This document shows positions 14,265 to 26,968 of a stretch of DNA of 64,000 nt, in pieces. Below the pieces are notes generated by a model. That model ran no database searches, had not been told where the DNA came from, and saw only the letters and a program-made list of their open reading frames with translations. Source of the DNA: Felis catus (Eukaryota); the NCBI RefSeq assembly GCF_018350175.1, contig NC_058368.1:124312001-124376000 (forward strand), given 5' to 3'. Each line of letters opens with the position of its first letter. Positions within the stretch are counted from its first letter, which is position 1. The position numbers were made by a program, and so were the translations under genes.

Positions 14265-14866
14265 AGAATGTTAATCTCCTTGACCAGGTTGAAAATTCTA
14301 AATCATTATATTACAGTTTGCTTTCAAGCTATAGGTGACATACAAGTGAGTCTCCCGGTATATTCTTGAGGATATTTTAAGAAATTGGTTCCATACGGAA
14401 AAGAATGCTGATACTAAAGCAGTGGAACTTCTTGTTATTATTCTGACAGCTGAATATTTGCTTGGGATTTAGAATAACTCAATGCATTTCAAAAAGCCCT
14501 CTTCATTATAAAATTGACCCACTGAAACTAGAAATCTGGACTCAAGGGAATCAGATTATTCTTATGCATGGATTTCCCCTTCCCAGTGCTGATTCTTTTT
14601 GCTTCAGAGTCATTGGCTTCATCATGAAGGGCTATCAGTATCTAGCTTTAAAAGACATCAAAAGAAATTTTAAGTCACTCGAGTGTAAACTTCATTAGGG
14701 TAGGTCCTTAGCCAATGTCTCAATACCTGGAGCTTAGTACAGTGTCAGGAACAGTGTAGATCATAAGTAGTCAGTAGTTACTTAAAATGGATGTCTTAAC
14801 GGTCCTTGATTGAATTTTTTGCTTTTGTAATATCTAGCTTTGCTTTTAAAAATTATATACATTTTT

Positions 14867-15093
14867 CGGGGCGCCTGGGTGGCGCAGTCGGTTAAGCGTC
14901 CGACTTCAGCCAGGTCACGATCTCACGGTCCGGGAGTTCGAGCCCCGCGTCAGGCTCTGGGCTGATGGCTCGGAGCCTGGAGCCTGCTTCCGATTCTGTG
15001 TCTCCCTCTCTCTCTGCCCCTCCCCCGTTCATGCTCTGTCTCTCTCTGTCCCAAAAATAAATAAATGTTGAAAAAAAAATTAAAAAAAATAAA
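14867..15093 (+). mobile_element. Young SINEC_Fc SINE
   Basis: Starts ggggcgcctgggtggcgcagtcggttaagcgtccgac with CpGs largely intact. Perfect 20-bp TSD taaaaattatatacattttt at 14847-14866 and 15094-15113. Confidence 0.95.
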
Positions 15094-15983
15094 TAAAAAT
15101 TATATACATTTTTTAAAAGGCAAAACACTTCTCCTTTACAGAAAATGAACTTTTCTGATATGGTCATTGTTACTAACTCTTCGACTGAAACCTGGTAGAA
15201 TTTTTGATGAGTTCTCCAAAAGGTAGATGGCAATCACTGTGTGTATATGAGAACTCTGTGTGAAATGTGGTTATGAATTAAATTGTGATCATGCACTGCT
15301 AATCATTATCTCCTAAACAGAACTGCTAAGCTTCAAGAGTTATTTCCTTAAAACAACACCACCCCCCTGCCAAAAAACCCTTAAAAGCCCAACTTCTGCA
15401 TGTTTTGGTAGAGTGAATGGGGTGGGGAGGAGCATTACCATTTTTTATATACCTACTTCCTGTCAAGAAATGTATATATATATTACCTCATTGAATATTT
15501 ATATACATATATAATCCTAAGAGGTAGGTATTTTTAGGCCCATTTTACATTTGAGGAACCCAAAACACCGGTTAAGTAATTTGCCTAAGGCCATGGGCAC
15601 ATGCCATAGTTGGGATTCAAATCCAGGTCTCTCCAACACTGCAGAATAACATTCTTTACACACATCATGCAGGTAGGCTTTCATTTTGGAAATGAGGTCA
15701 AATGTTGGAAATTCTTTTCTTTGTGATTTTTAACACCATTCAGGGTCTTCTAATTTTCTGGAATGGTGGTTTTCATTAGAGTACATGTTGCCATCCTATA
15801 TTATTTGTTTCATTTGGCATTGCCCCTAGGCTCTTACTAAATACACAGCTGGCAAGTATTTATTTTTGTAAGGTATTGAACTATGTATTTTCTCCCACCC
15901 CCTTCCCCCACCCTAGAATTTGGTGATCATCTGAATGACTCTAAATCAAGACTTTAATCATTCCATTCCTTCTTGAAATAACA

Positions 15984-15986
<3 letters not shown>

Positions 15987-16030
<44 letters not shown>
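15987..16030. repeat. (AC)22 microsatellite
   Basis: Read directly from the sequence. Confidence 0.97.
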
Positions 16031-16032
<2 letters not shown>

Positions 16033-17208
16033 TTTATATCACAGTATATAACATTCGATTAAGTCAAGGGAACTTTTCTGTTGCTATTTTTTTTCAACTG
16101 GGCTAATGAGAAATAAAAGTAAATCCTCTCATAGTAATAAGAAAACCAAAACTTTCAAAATCAGCTTCAGTGCAGCCACTGGTATTGCACAACATACTTC
16201 GTTTAGGAAAGTATACTTTTTTCTTACAACTGCCTCCTTCTCTTTCCTGCAGCTTCTGTTGAGCCAGCAGGCATCAGAGTTGTGTTATGTTAAGACTGGT
16301 GGCCATTTAAGGGGTTGACTTCAGTCTCAGAGGTTGGTGTCTGCACTGAGTGGTGACAGGTCATGGTTCAGCTGTAATGCACTTAAAGGCAGAGGCCGTG
16401 GCTTATTTGATGTGGTATGCCCATAGCACCAAGCACACAGTAAGTGTTCAAGAAATATCCACAGGAAGAATTAGTGGATTACTGGTTATCAAGGCTCCCT
16501 TGGACTCATGGAAAGCATAAAACACCAGGGTCTGTTGAATGCAAGCCAGCCATCTGTGTCCAAACTATGGAGACCTTTTCTACCAGCTGCTTTCTGGAAT
16601 TTCACTGAGGACTCAATGGGGCCTTGGAAGGATCTAGGAGCTGAACAGCTAGGAGTCACTTGTAGACATGTTGCAACAAATGCCCAGGTGGCCCTGGCGA
16701 CAGGAGAACCCCACTTTCTTGGAAAACAGAAAGTCTTGGCTCAATGGCTGAAAAGTAACTCATATTCAGTCATGAGCACAGCTCTCCAGAATGCTTTGAA
16801 GGGAAATGTTAAGTTTTAGTTGGCTTAGAATCCATTCTGAGACTGCTGATAGGATTGAATGAATGTCCTAACTGTTGGATGGTAGCAGGGTTGCTTTGGA
16901 GCAGTGCTGTTATGAAGATGAGTAATTCTGTGCCTTGAGCCTGTTATCACTGAAATTTTATTTAAGGGCTTACAAGTCCTAACAGTGTCTCAGAACTTTT
17001 TTTTTTTTTTCCAAAACCACCATAACTTCTGTGTTTTCTGAACCAGAAATCTGATTAAGTGCTCAGGATTGCACCTTTAGACTGACTCTAGCAGACATTG
17101 AAAGGCACAGAGAGAGAAATGTGTGATGTGACCTGGTGCTTGCCATATCCCTCATCTTGGTGCCCTGGGGGGGTAAAATTATAGCAAGTGCTGAGGAGTC
17201 AGCCAAAC

Positions 17209-17256
17209 AATTCTAGATCCTTCAGGGGATCTAGATCTTCCAAAGGATCTAGAATT
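17209..17256. repeat. 48-bp imperfect palindrome
   Basis: aattctagatcctt...gatctagatc...aaggatctagaatt; 20 of 24 pairs are Watson-Crick. Confidence 0.9.
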
Positions 17257-17336
17257 TCACAGAAGTCCAGCTTGGCTCGGGGTGACATTTTAAAATTCAC
17301 GTACTATTAATTTCCCAATCATATATGACTACTCCT

Positions 17337-17428
17337 CACAAAAGTTGTTTCCTGTAGACAGAAAAATAGGAATAAATGCATCAATCATTCCTACTTTTTG
17401 TCTATAGGAGACAACAATAACTTTTGTG
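17337..17428. repeat. 92-nt inverted repeat (hairpin)
   Basis: Arms cacaaaagttgtttcctgtagacagaaaaataggaat and attcctactttttgtctataggagacaacaataacttttgtg around a 13-nt loop. Confidence 0.9.
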
Positions 17429-17570
17429 TACTTTAAAAGATTAAAAAAAATAGATGGTTGTAAGTACAGGAATGAAAGTCATTTTCTTCAATTTTTATTT
17501 TGAAAACATTTTATAATTATAGTTCACAAAGATTAGTAAATTATTTCATTGTCTTTGTTTTAGAGTTTTC

Positions 17571-17790
17571 TTTTTTTTTTTAAATTTTTAAAGGTTTATT
17601 TATTTTTGAGAGAGAGAGCATGAGTCGGGTGGGGGGAGGTGCAGAGAGAGAAGGAGACACAGAATCTGAGGCAGGATTCAGGCTCCAAGCTGTCAGCACA
17701 GAGCCCAATGCTGGGCTCAAACTCAAAACTGTGAGATGGTTACCTGAGCCAAAGTCAGACAATTAACCCACTGAGCCACCAAGGTGCCTC
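17571..17790 (-). mobile_element. SINEC
   Basis: Reverse SINE body with TSD taga(g/a)ttttct. Confidence 0.9.
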
Positions 17791-18097
17791 TAGAATTTTC
17801 TAATCTGGATAAGTAGTGCACATCATAATAGCCACAGATTATAACTGATAACTAAAAATAATTAGATGTTGGGTTTCAGGACAGTAGGAATGGCTACTAG
17901 TGATATTCTTCAAAAACAGTCACTTTTTCCCTTTAATAATGACAAAATGTTTCCAACAAAAATACAAAAACCTTCAGGATGGAAGTTTTTATAATTTAAA
18001 TGAGGCATTAACAGAAGAGAAGCAACATAGATTAATTTAAGTCATGGAAATAAAGAGCAAATTCCAACAAGAGCAAACTTATAAAACAAAGCCTTTA

Positions 18098-18315
18098 GGG
18101 GTGCCTGGGTGGCTCAGTCGGTTGGGCTTCCGACTTCAGCCAAGGTCATGATCTTGTGCTTTGTGGGTTCGAGCCCCATATCGGGCTCTGTGCTGACAGC
18201 TCAGAGCCTGGAGCCTGCTTCAGATTCTGTGTCTTCCTCTCTGCCCCTCCCCTGTTTGCACTCTGTCTCTCTGTCTCCAAAATTAAACATTAAAAATTTT
18301 TTTCAAAAGCAAAAC
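18098..18315 (+). mobile_element. SINEC
   Basis: Full body with TSD aaaacaaagcctt. Confidence 0.92.
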
Positions 18316-18580
18316 AAAACAAAGCCTTGAGAACAGAGACCTAAGTTGTTATATTTATTTTTTCAAATAAACAGAGCATCTACATTCTGCACTAAATTGT
18401 GACCTATTAGAGCAGGAATCAAGCCTATATGAGACAAGGTAGGTACTTAAATATTTTTGAGTGAATAAAATGACCATTTTCCCATTCTAAGCAGATCACC
18501 TTGGGAGGCCTATAATTATTCCACTTGTTGATCAAAATGTTTTTGGGAGATTTTTTTTTTTTTTGGAATTACCACCATAA

Positions 18581-19042
18581 CAGGGGTTCTATCCATGGAT
18601 AGGAATCAGGCTTAGATCAGAGAAATAAATTACATCTTTACTGGCATTAACTTCAAATTGAAATTCACCATCTTATTTAAATATGAATATAGGCAACAAG
18701 CCACAGTACTGTTAACACAATACCTGTGACTTGGCCAAAAATACAAATCACAGATACTTTTGTATTGCATTAGTTAGTGCAGATATCTCAAAATATGTTT
18801 TGTATGTATCCCTAGTACAGTAGTTATTGGTCCTACCACTAAATCTTAATAAATGCATTAACAAGCAAGCTTACATATTACCGTTACAAATTTGATCTTT
18901 ATAATATTTTGGCAACTTTTTCAATATAATTGGTTTCTTTTGTAATCCTCTATATTTTATTTTATATAATTTCAAACATTTTTCTGAGAAGGGATCCATA
19001 GGCTTCACCAGCACACCGGCACACATGAACAAGGACTCCTGG
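18581..19042. mobile_element. hAT/Charlie-type DNA transposon fossil
   Basis: Termini caggggttc... and ...ggactcctg, with an internal gagaagggatccataggcttcaccag motif. Confidence 0.45.
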
Positions 19043-20189
19043 CCTAGAGTCTAGAGTACATTTTTTGAAGATCCTAAATGAAATAAAATCTTATTTTTCT
19101 GAGAGTAGATTTTGGAAATAATTAAAAGTCACCTGGAGAGTTAAGTGTGGTAAATAAAATTGGTAACCAAGTTGGGTCAACAAAACAAAGAGAAAGGGCC
19201 AATAAAATAAAATATGACTTTCCCTTAAAGTGAATAATTCTCTATCTATAATATATACATACATCTATACATAAATATATATTTGGGGTTGGGGCTCTAC
19301 TATGTACAAGTTACTGAGCTAGATCTAGGAATCCAAAAATAAAAAAGACATGGCCTGCCTTTAGACTCTTACGGGGAAGGGGCAAGTGAGGGTTTGTAAG
19401 TAGCAGTGACTCTACTCTTATTTTTATAAGCAGGTCATTTTCAGAATAAAAATTCTAGAGCATTTAAAAAATTTACTTTATTATTTTACCTTTTGCTAAC
19501 TGTAAAATAAAGTGATTTCTAGAGTCAGGCACTGTTTCGTTTTTGTTTTTGTTTTTGTTTTATTTTGCCATTATAATGCACAGTTTCTGCTTATGATTAT
19601 GCTTTAGGAAAGCTGTAAGTGAATTTAGGACTAAGAATTATATCCAAAGGTTCACATCTGTTTTTGCAACTTGGATTTATTTTTTCAGAGTATGGTTATA
19701 ATGGAAGTTTGGATTGTCAGACCCCTCACAAAAATCTACTTAGACCCAAATTTGCATGCAATGTAGGATCAACAACATTGTATCCTAAATACAATGCAAA
19801 ACAGTCCTTCTCTGGATAAATGCATTTCGGTTCTAACCCAGATGCCATTAGTTCACAGCCCCTTTTAATGGGGTGCTCTTGTCAAAGCTAAAATGAGAGC
19901 AAGAGAGGTTAGATTCCAGGAGTTTAGCAACTTGTTAGCCCCCGGTAACTACATTAGACAGCCTCCCTCTATGCAAAGATTCCTCTGAGGTACAAAAAGA
20001 CAAAGGCACAAAGGACAATCTGGCCCATTTCACCTTTCCTACAGTGTGAAACTCTGCAGTGTGGATAGCTTCTAAATAAGTCACTTTACAATTAAGCTCT
20101 GTGGTTAATGAAACATGAAAAACAAATAGATCATTAGCACAGAACAATTAAATGCAAAGTTAGCATAATGTAGTTATGTCTTGTGGGGT

Positions 20190-21330
20190 TAGGGAGGGCC
20201 TTCTTTAAAAAGACATCAAAAGCAAAAGCAGTAATGAACAAGAATGATCACTTTGATTATGTCATATTTTAAAATTTCTGTACTAGAAAAGAAAACTGTT
20301 TAGAACAAACAGTTCTAAAATGAGCAACAGACTATGAAAAACTATTTGCAGTCCAACAGCAAAGGATTACTGTTCAGAATAGAAAATAAACTATGAATCC
20401 ATATAAAAAATGACAAAGTAACCCAACAGATGAATGGACAAAAGATCTAAACAGGCAAGTCACAAAAGAAGTTATAAAAATGACCATTATACCTATGAAA
20501 TAGTACTCAATCTCATTAGTTATCAGGAAAATGAAAATTAAGACAACAAGAAAACGTGACAAGCACGCTATTAAACTGCAGGTGGAATGATACGTTGACA
20601 CAGCCATCTTGGAGAAGCACCAGTCATGTGTATTAAAAATAAAAATGTACATCCTAGTGACCAACAATTATTCTCCCAGAGAAATGATTGTGTAAAATAC
20701 TCAAGGAGGCTTGTACAAGAATACTCTGGAAGAGTGTTTCTTATGGCGAAAAATTGGAGACAGCCTAAATATACATCCATAGGGAAATAGTAAAATAAAA
20801 GAAGTATTTTCCTAGTGTGGAACATCATGAAGCCATTAAAAGGAAAGAGACAGATCTATATGTATCAACATGGATAGAGCTCTAAGATATTGTTACACGA
20901 AGAAAATAAAGTTGTAGGGGCACCTGGGTGCCCTGTCGGTAGGACTTCAGCTCAGGTCATGATCTCATGGCTCTTCAGTTCAAGCCCTGCATCAGGCTCT
21001 GGGCTGACAACTCAGAGCCTGGAGCCTGTTTCTGATTCTGTGTCTCCCTCTCCCTCTGCTCCTACCCCACTCACACTCTGTCTCTCTCTCAAAAATAAAT
21101 AAACATTAAAAAGAAAGAAAGAAAGAAAATAAAGTTGTAGAACAATATACAGAGTGCGATACTTTTTATGTTACAGTCCACATTTGTGAATATATAGAAG
21201 ACATTGGGAAAGATTACCTGGAGGCTCAGATGGTAGGGTGGAAGTAATCAAGGACTTCCTATCGTTACTTGTAATATTTAAATTTTTCAAAAGCAAATGT
21301 GTTCATATATTACTTATGCAAGTAAAAACT
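20190..21330 (+). mobile_element. Old L1M(E/C) 3' fragment containing a SINEC at 20917-21122
   Basis: Degenerate L1 ORF2 C-terminus and 3'UTR motifs (aaatggacaaaagatctaaacaggca; cagcctaaatatacatc). The SINE has TSD aagaaaataaagttgtag. Confidence 0.75.
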
Positions 21331-23711
21331 AATAATATAAAAAACTGTTTTAAGTCATTGAGCTCAGATCAGGACAGCCGCTAAGGCGATATTCACTTCC
21401 CTGATATAAAGTACTATCATATTTTGTTTTACTTGAACAGTTATAGGAGAGAGGTTTTCTTTCTTCCTCTCTCAGTTCTTTAGTTTCAGTTTATAATCTA
21501 AATCATCTCTTAATGAAGTTAAATTTCTACTAATCGATTCTTCAATCTTTAATAATTTGTTGTGATAAGCTTGTTAATCCTACAGTTATTCTTGGAATAT
21601 AATTTCATTTGGATTCTGTAGAGGTATGCCTTGCTCTTTCCTCTTGTATTAGAAAACCATAATACTTCAGTAGTAGCATTAACTTACCTTTTCCCTCATT
21701 TTTTTTTTTTTTGCCTTCCATCTTTTTTCCTTCCTGTTATTTAGCAGATATATGGTATGTGTGCACTTACACTTTGTTATCCCCTCAAACCTAATGGAGA
21801 CTGATTATGCTTGGAGCTCACTGGCAAAGTGATTTAGGGAGAGGAAGAGTAGGCTACTACTCTTAAAAAGGAGGGAACACTACTTGTTCAGAACACTGAG
21901 AAACCAAATGCAGGAAATCTACCAAGGTAATGTTCCTTCCATTTCACAGCTGTCCTTACTTCCTAGTGCTAAAGAGCTTCCAGCCCTTATAAATTTATAT
22001 GGATTGACCATACTGGCAACAAAACACAGGCAAGCATTAGCAGTTGGCTTACATAGGTTTCAGACATGCTGTGACATGGTCCAAAGAGAAAGCTGCAACA
22101 CTGGATGTAAGTGTCCTTTATGAGGTCCCTTCTCCCTGCACACAAAAGCCACTGAGTCACAACGCTGGTGTAACAGTGGGAAAAATCTCCTCTGAGAGGT
22201 CACTTTGTGTGAGAAGGAACTGGAGGCATTTTAATATTTAGTACACATTATTCAGAAAGTATAACAATTACCAGTGTTAGAAGGAGCTGGGTCTACTTTA
22301 ACTGTCTCCACCAGGCAGGGGCCTCCCAGGGTGGGGAAGAGTACAGAAATAACACTTTGCTTTCAGCTGTTCTTTCAGGATGTTCTTTCAGCTGAAGGCT
22401 GGACAGAGGGGGAGGTCTATAAGAGGAGTTAAACTTTAGGGTATGAATGACTGAATTTCCCTCCTTTTTAAGACGCCCCAGTTTTGGTGAGTGAGGGTAA
22501 GAGCTGGAGGTGGGGGAAGTGGTCATCAACTTTCCCAAGCTCTAGATCAGCCGACATAAACTGCACCACTCAAGTTCCCTGCTTTCATACCATAGGCAGA
22601 GTGATCAAAGTGTGCTTTCTCATCTCTGGTTCTCATTTTTAAAGCAGAAGTTTAAAACAGTGAAATCCGCTCTTAGGATTTTGCTTTAAACCCCTAAAGA
22701 CATGGAGGGTAAAAGTGGCGTGTGACCACTGAGTCAGGGTGGTGTCCAAACTCAGAACTAGGCTGTGAAGCAGGGGCTTTCTGGTGTGGTCATTAATGCC
22801 AACCCAGCAGGGAAGAAGCCTGTAATCAGAAAGTTCAAGAAAGACAAGGGGCCCAGCCTCTGTTAGGGCACTTCCTCCCACACTGTTGTTGCTGGCCACC
22901 TGGCTTCCTTGAAAACACTGTAATTTGGTATTTGGAGGCATATGCACTTTCAATGCTATCAGACTTTCTTAAAGTTATCAGACATTCTTAGTAAAGCACA
23001 GCCAAACCAAGCACATATTATATTAAAGAAAAATAAAATGGAAACCAGGTATTTAAATCAGTTTAAAGAAGCTTGTTAAAGAAAACAGGCTGGGTAATGA
23101 AAAATCAGTCCTGCTTTTTCAAAGATTTAAGCAGTTAGAATAAGATCCTAAGCTACTCTGGGGCAGCTCTGCCTGGTATCCGATAACACTCCAGCAGGAA
23201 TTTTGCTTGAGAGTGCTATACTGTCTTCTTGGAAGCCTTATACTGTCTCTGCAACATAAAGGAAACAGCAATTGTGATCACCGGCATTAATAATGTGGCC
23301 TCCAGAGCCTGGAATTATCATCTATCTGTCATCTTTCACTCAAAGAGAGAAAACTGGCAGCCACAGCTTGCCATTGAAGTTTCTGGGACTCAAGAAGACA
23401 GGAAAGAGCAATATTTATTTCTCAATGTCCAGAGGGAAATTACAAAATTTCAGTGGTATGATAAAAGCTTAAGTACTTAATGCAAGAAATTCTTCCCTAG
23501 TAGAAGATACCCATACCCACGGTGGGGATAAATTTCTGCTTGAGGGTTAATAGTAAAGACACAGGCTACCCCCTCAGGGTAGGATCCCCAAAATGTGCTC
23601 CATCCCCTCCTTGACCTTTATGATAGGAAGCACTGGTTCAGAAAAGCCCTTCCTGACGTCCTAAAATGCACAATGGCCAACTGTTCCTTGAGATGTTTAA
23701 AGAAGGCTCAC

Positions 23712-23772
23712 CTCATTGTCCTGGTGATTAATCTCGCTGAGATTTGACTGTTGCACCAACACTGTTAGGAGC
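23712..23772 (-). CDS. ANKRD55: ANKRD55 coding exon (exon 6 equivalent), 61 nt
   Basis: Encodes (R)LLTVLVQQSNLSEINHQDNE. Acceptor tttcttcacag|G, donor GAG|gtgagc, phase 2-0. Confidence 0.94.
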
Positions 23773-24100
23773 CTGTGAAGAAAAATGGAAGAAGAGGCTC
23801 AAAAGAACAGAATGTGTATGAGAACATAACATTATAAGTACAGTCCACCAAAGGCCTCCAAGTGAAGATGAGCCCTTTCTGTTTATCGAGGGGGAAAGAT
23901 CCATAGAAAAGAAGACAGTGTGATTGGTAATAAGGCGCCTGAGGGGATTCCTCTGTCTCTTCTCGTCCCACTTCCTCTCCATCTTGGTGCTCTGGAGATG
24001 GGGGCAGGGACAAAGGGAATGGAGAAAGTGAATCTGTAGGCTCATCTTCTTCACCAGACCTGTGTTCTTATGTGCGCACTTTAAGAACTAAATTCCTCTA

Positions 24101-24300
24101 GGGGTGCCTGGGTGGCTCAGTCTGCCTTCGGCTCAGGTCATGATCTCACAGTTTGTGGGTTTGAGCCCCGCGTCGGGCCCTGTGCTGACAGGTCGGAGCC
24201 TGGAGCCTGCTTCAGATTCTGTGTTTCCCTCTCTCTCTGCCACTCCCCCACTCACACTCAGTCTCTATCTCTCAAAAATGAGTAAACGTTAAAAAAAAAA
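24101..24300 (+). mobile_element. SINEC
   Basis: Body with perfect TSD aagaactaaattcctctag. Confidence 0.93.
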
Positions 24301-25039
24301 AAGAACTAAATTCCTCTAGCACTTATTCTTCATTCTTTTACATGAACATATGCAGTGGTTTCAAATTACTTCACCACTTGGTATATGTGTCACACCTTGT
24401 AAGTGTATATAGATTATGCTAGGAGACAGCATTTACGACTTTGCTTATTTTTTCGAAAACATGTAAATGTCTAGGCATGAAATGACAGTAATCAGTGTGA
24501 AAAAACTATCAGTGATTCTCAAGCTCAAGTTTTTATCTCACTTGGGTCCCACACTTGGTTGACTGAGGTCTACATTGTGGGAGAGAAGCAGTTGATTGTA
24601 GTTGGTAGGGACCCAGAATCTGGAGCCAGACCACCTGGGTTCACATCCCAGCCCAGCTACTGGCCAGCTTTATGACTGAAGGCAAGTAAAAACCTCTCTG
24701 TGCCTAAGCTTCCTCATCTATAAAATGGGGGTAAAAAAAGTGCCTACCTTACAGCTCAGTGTGAGGCTACAGCACTTATAGCATGACTGGAACACAGCAA
24801 GTGTTATTTCTAGAACACTTAACGCTAGAAGTTTTAAACCCTGGCTCAAATCTCAGAATCCCCAGGGGAAATTTTTTAAAACCACAAATACCTGGATTCT
24901 GTATTCAGTATTTCTGACTTCGTAGGTCTGGAGAGAAGCTCAGCTTTCACAGTTTAAAAGGGTTGCTCGGGAAATTCTGGCAAACAGGTCTGAAAACCAC
25001 TGGGACAGGTACTGAATAAATTAACCAATTGATACTCAT

Positions 25040-25429
25040 TGCTGTGAACTGTGTTCCTCCTGCCTGCAAATTCATTCGGTTCTAACCTCCAGTTCCTCAG
25101 AACGTGACTATATTTGGACATTGAGCCTTTAAAGAGGTAATTAAGTTAAAATGAAGCCATTAGGCCAGGCCCTAATCCAATCTGACTGATGTTCTCAGAA
25201 GAAGAGATTAGGGCCCACCAGCAGCATGGATTGCAGAGGAGAGACCACTTAAAAAGGCAGCAAGTGGCTGGCCATCTGCCAACCAAGGACAGAAGCCTCA
25301 GAGGAAACCACCTGCTGCCACCTTGCTTGTGAACTTCTACCCTTCAGAAATTCGAAAAAATAAATTTCTGTTGCTTAAGCCATCCATTATGTGGGTATTT
25401 TGTTACAGCAGCCCTAGCAAACTAATACA
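25040..25429 (+). mobile_element. MLT1-type MaLR solo LTR
   Basis: Contains cagaacgtgactatatttgga, ccctaatccaatctgactg and aataaatttctgttgcttaagc, and ends cagccctagcaaactaataca. Confidence 0.85.
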
Positions 25430-26929
25430 GTCATGAAGATGATAAAGGATTGTCTATGGGGAGACCATTCAGATAATTCAGACAATTTCTGAAGGAAATT
25501 CAGAAACTATTTTTGGAAGAATTACTTGAAAAAAATCAAATGGTTTAGCCTTTTCCCCAGTCAGATTTTCATTGTCTTTTATTTTAGATGACATTTAGTC
25601 TTGAGTCTTAAATTGCTACCTACAATCGAATAAAAGAAAGTGGGACTGATCATGTTGCATTAGTGGTAAATGTAACACAGAGAGAGCTTAAATAGGGATG
25701 CATTTCTGGTTATTTGCTGTGGAGATGAAATAGCCAGGAAGCCTAAGGTTTAAATCTAGTCTTACCTCTTTTGGGGAGCCAGGATAATGCTGTGATTTAA
25801 TTCTGCCCTCCCTGCTGCATGACCTCTCTGAGCTTCTGTATCCTCACGTTTATCATCGGGATAATAACAGTGGTGGTGTAAAGACTGAATAACATAGTAG
25901 GTATAAAGCTCCTAGTACACAGACTTTAAAAGAACAGTGGCACTGAATGCAAGCTTTCTGAATTCTAAAATTTCTCCACCTAGTGGGAAGAGGCTATAAT
26001 AATTGCATTTTTGGATAACACTTTTTATCTTTGTAACTATATTTCACTACTGGATTTTCCCCTTGTAATTGCTTTAGAAGGCTGGAGGGCAACTGGTGAC
26101 TTTCTTTTCTCTTTACTGGCCATTGCTTAGTCTCTAGGGTTCATTTGGTTTGAGTTGTGGGGAGAGAGTGGGAAAGAAAGGCAAGAGGTCAGCTGTGGTC
26201 CAATCTGGTTATCCTCGGCCAACCCTAAGGAGACTGAGATCATACATAGCCAGACAGGATCTTCTGGGACTGCTCCAGAGCAGTGATCACACTGAAGGAA
26301 GTCAGGCTTTGACTTGATGGGAATGAGGGAGGGGAGAGCATGACCTCCTGTCACATCCTGGTGGTGGGGGTATTCCAAAGGTCATGGGATGAATCCTGTC
26401 TCTGGATATTTTTCTATTTGCCCCTCAAATCCATTTGCTGCCCTGCAATGTCCTGCTCTGAGGTTGACCTGCAATAACTTTATCATCCAACTTCCTTTGC
26501 CCTCTGACTGCTTTCTGGGTTTGGCCAGGAGAACTGGCAGGAGAAAGGAGAGAAGCCACTTCCCTTTCTGTCAATGACTTTTCCCCCTTACCAAAGGCCA
26601 CAGCTCCTGCCTAGTAGGTCCTCTTCTACAGCCAGAACCCTGAAGAGGTTCCAGTAACAGCTCCATTCCTTGATCCTTTTGGCCTAGTGGTGGAATACTT
26701 TCCTGCTTTTTTGGGGAAAGTGGAGGTGGGGAATTATGTCACCATCTCTTGCTAGTTAATTTTAAATAGTCTTCCATTAAACTTTGTTCAGTTACCTTTT
26801 AATATTCTGTGACCTCCTTATTGTGACCCTGATTGATACATGCCAACCTATATTGCTTGATTCCATTTGATTCCTAAGTGTCTCAGATTCAATAATCTCC
26901 AAAGATGGAAACAAATTTATAGATAAGTA

Positions 26930-26968
<39 letters not shown>

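Noticed and set aside
14892..15233. Recurrent ORFs of the type AQSLEPASDSVSPSLS / ERGRHRIRSRLQAL
   Set aside because: These are translations of SINEC bodies, not genes.
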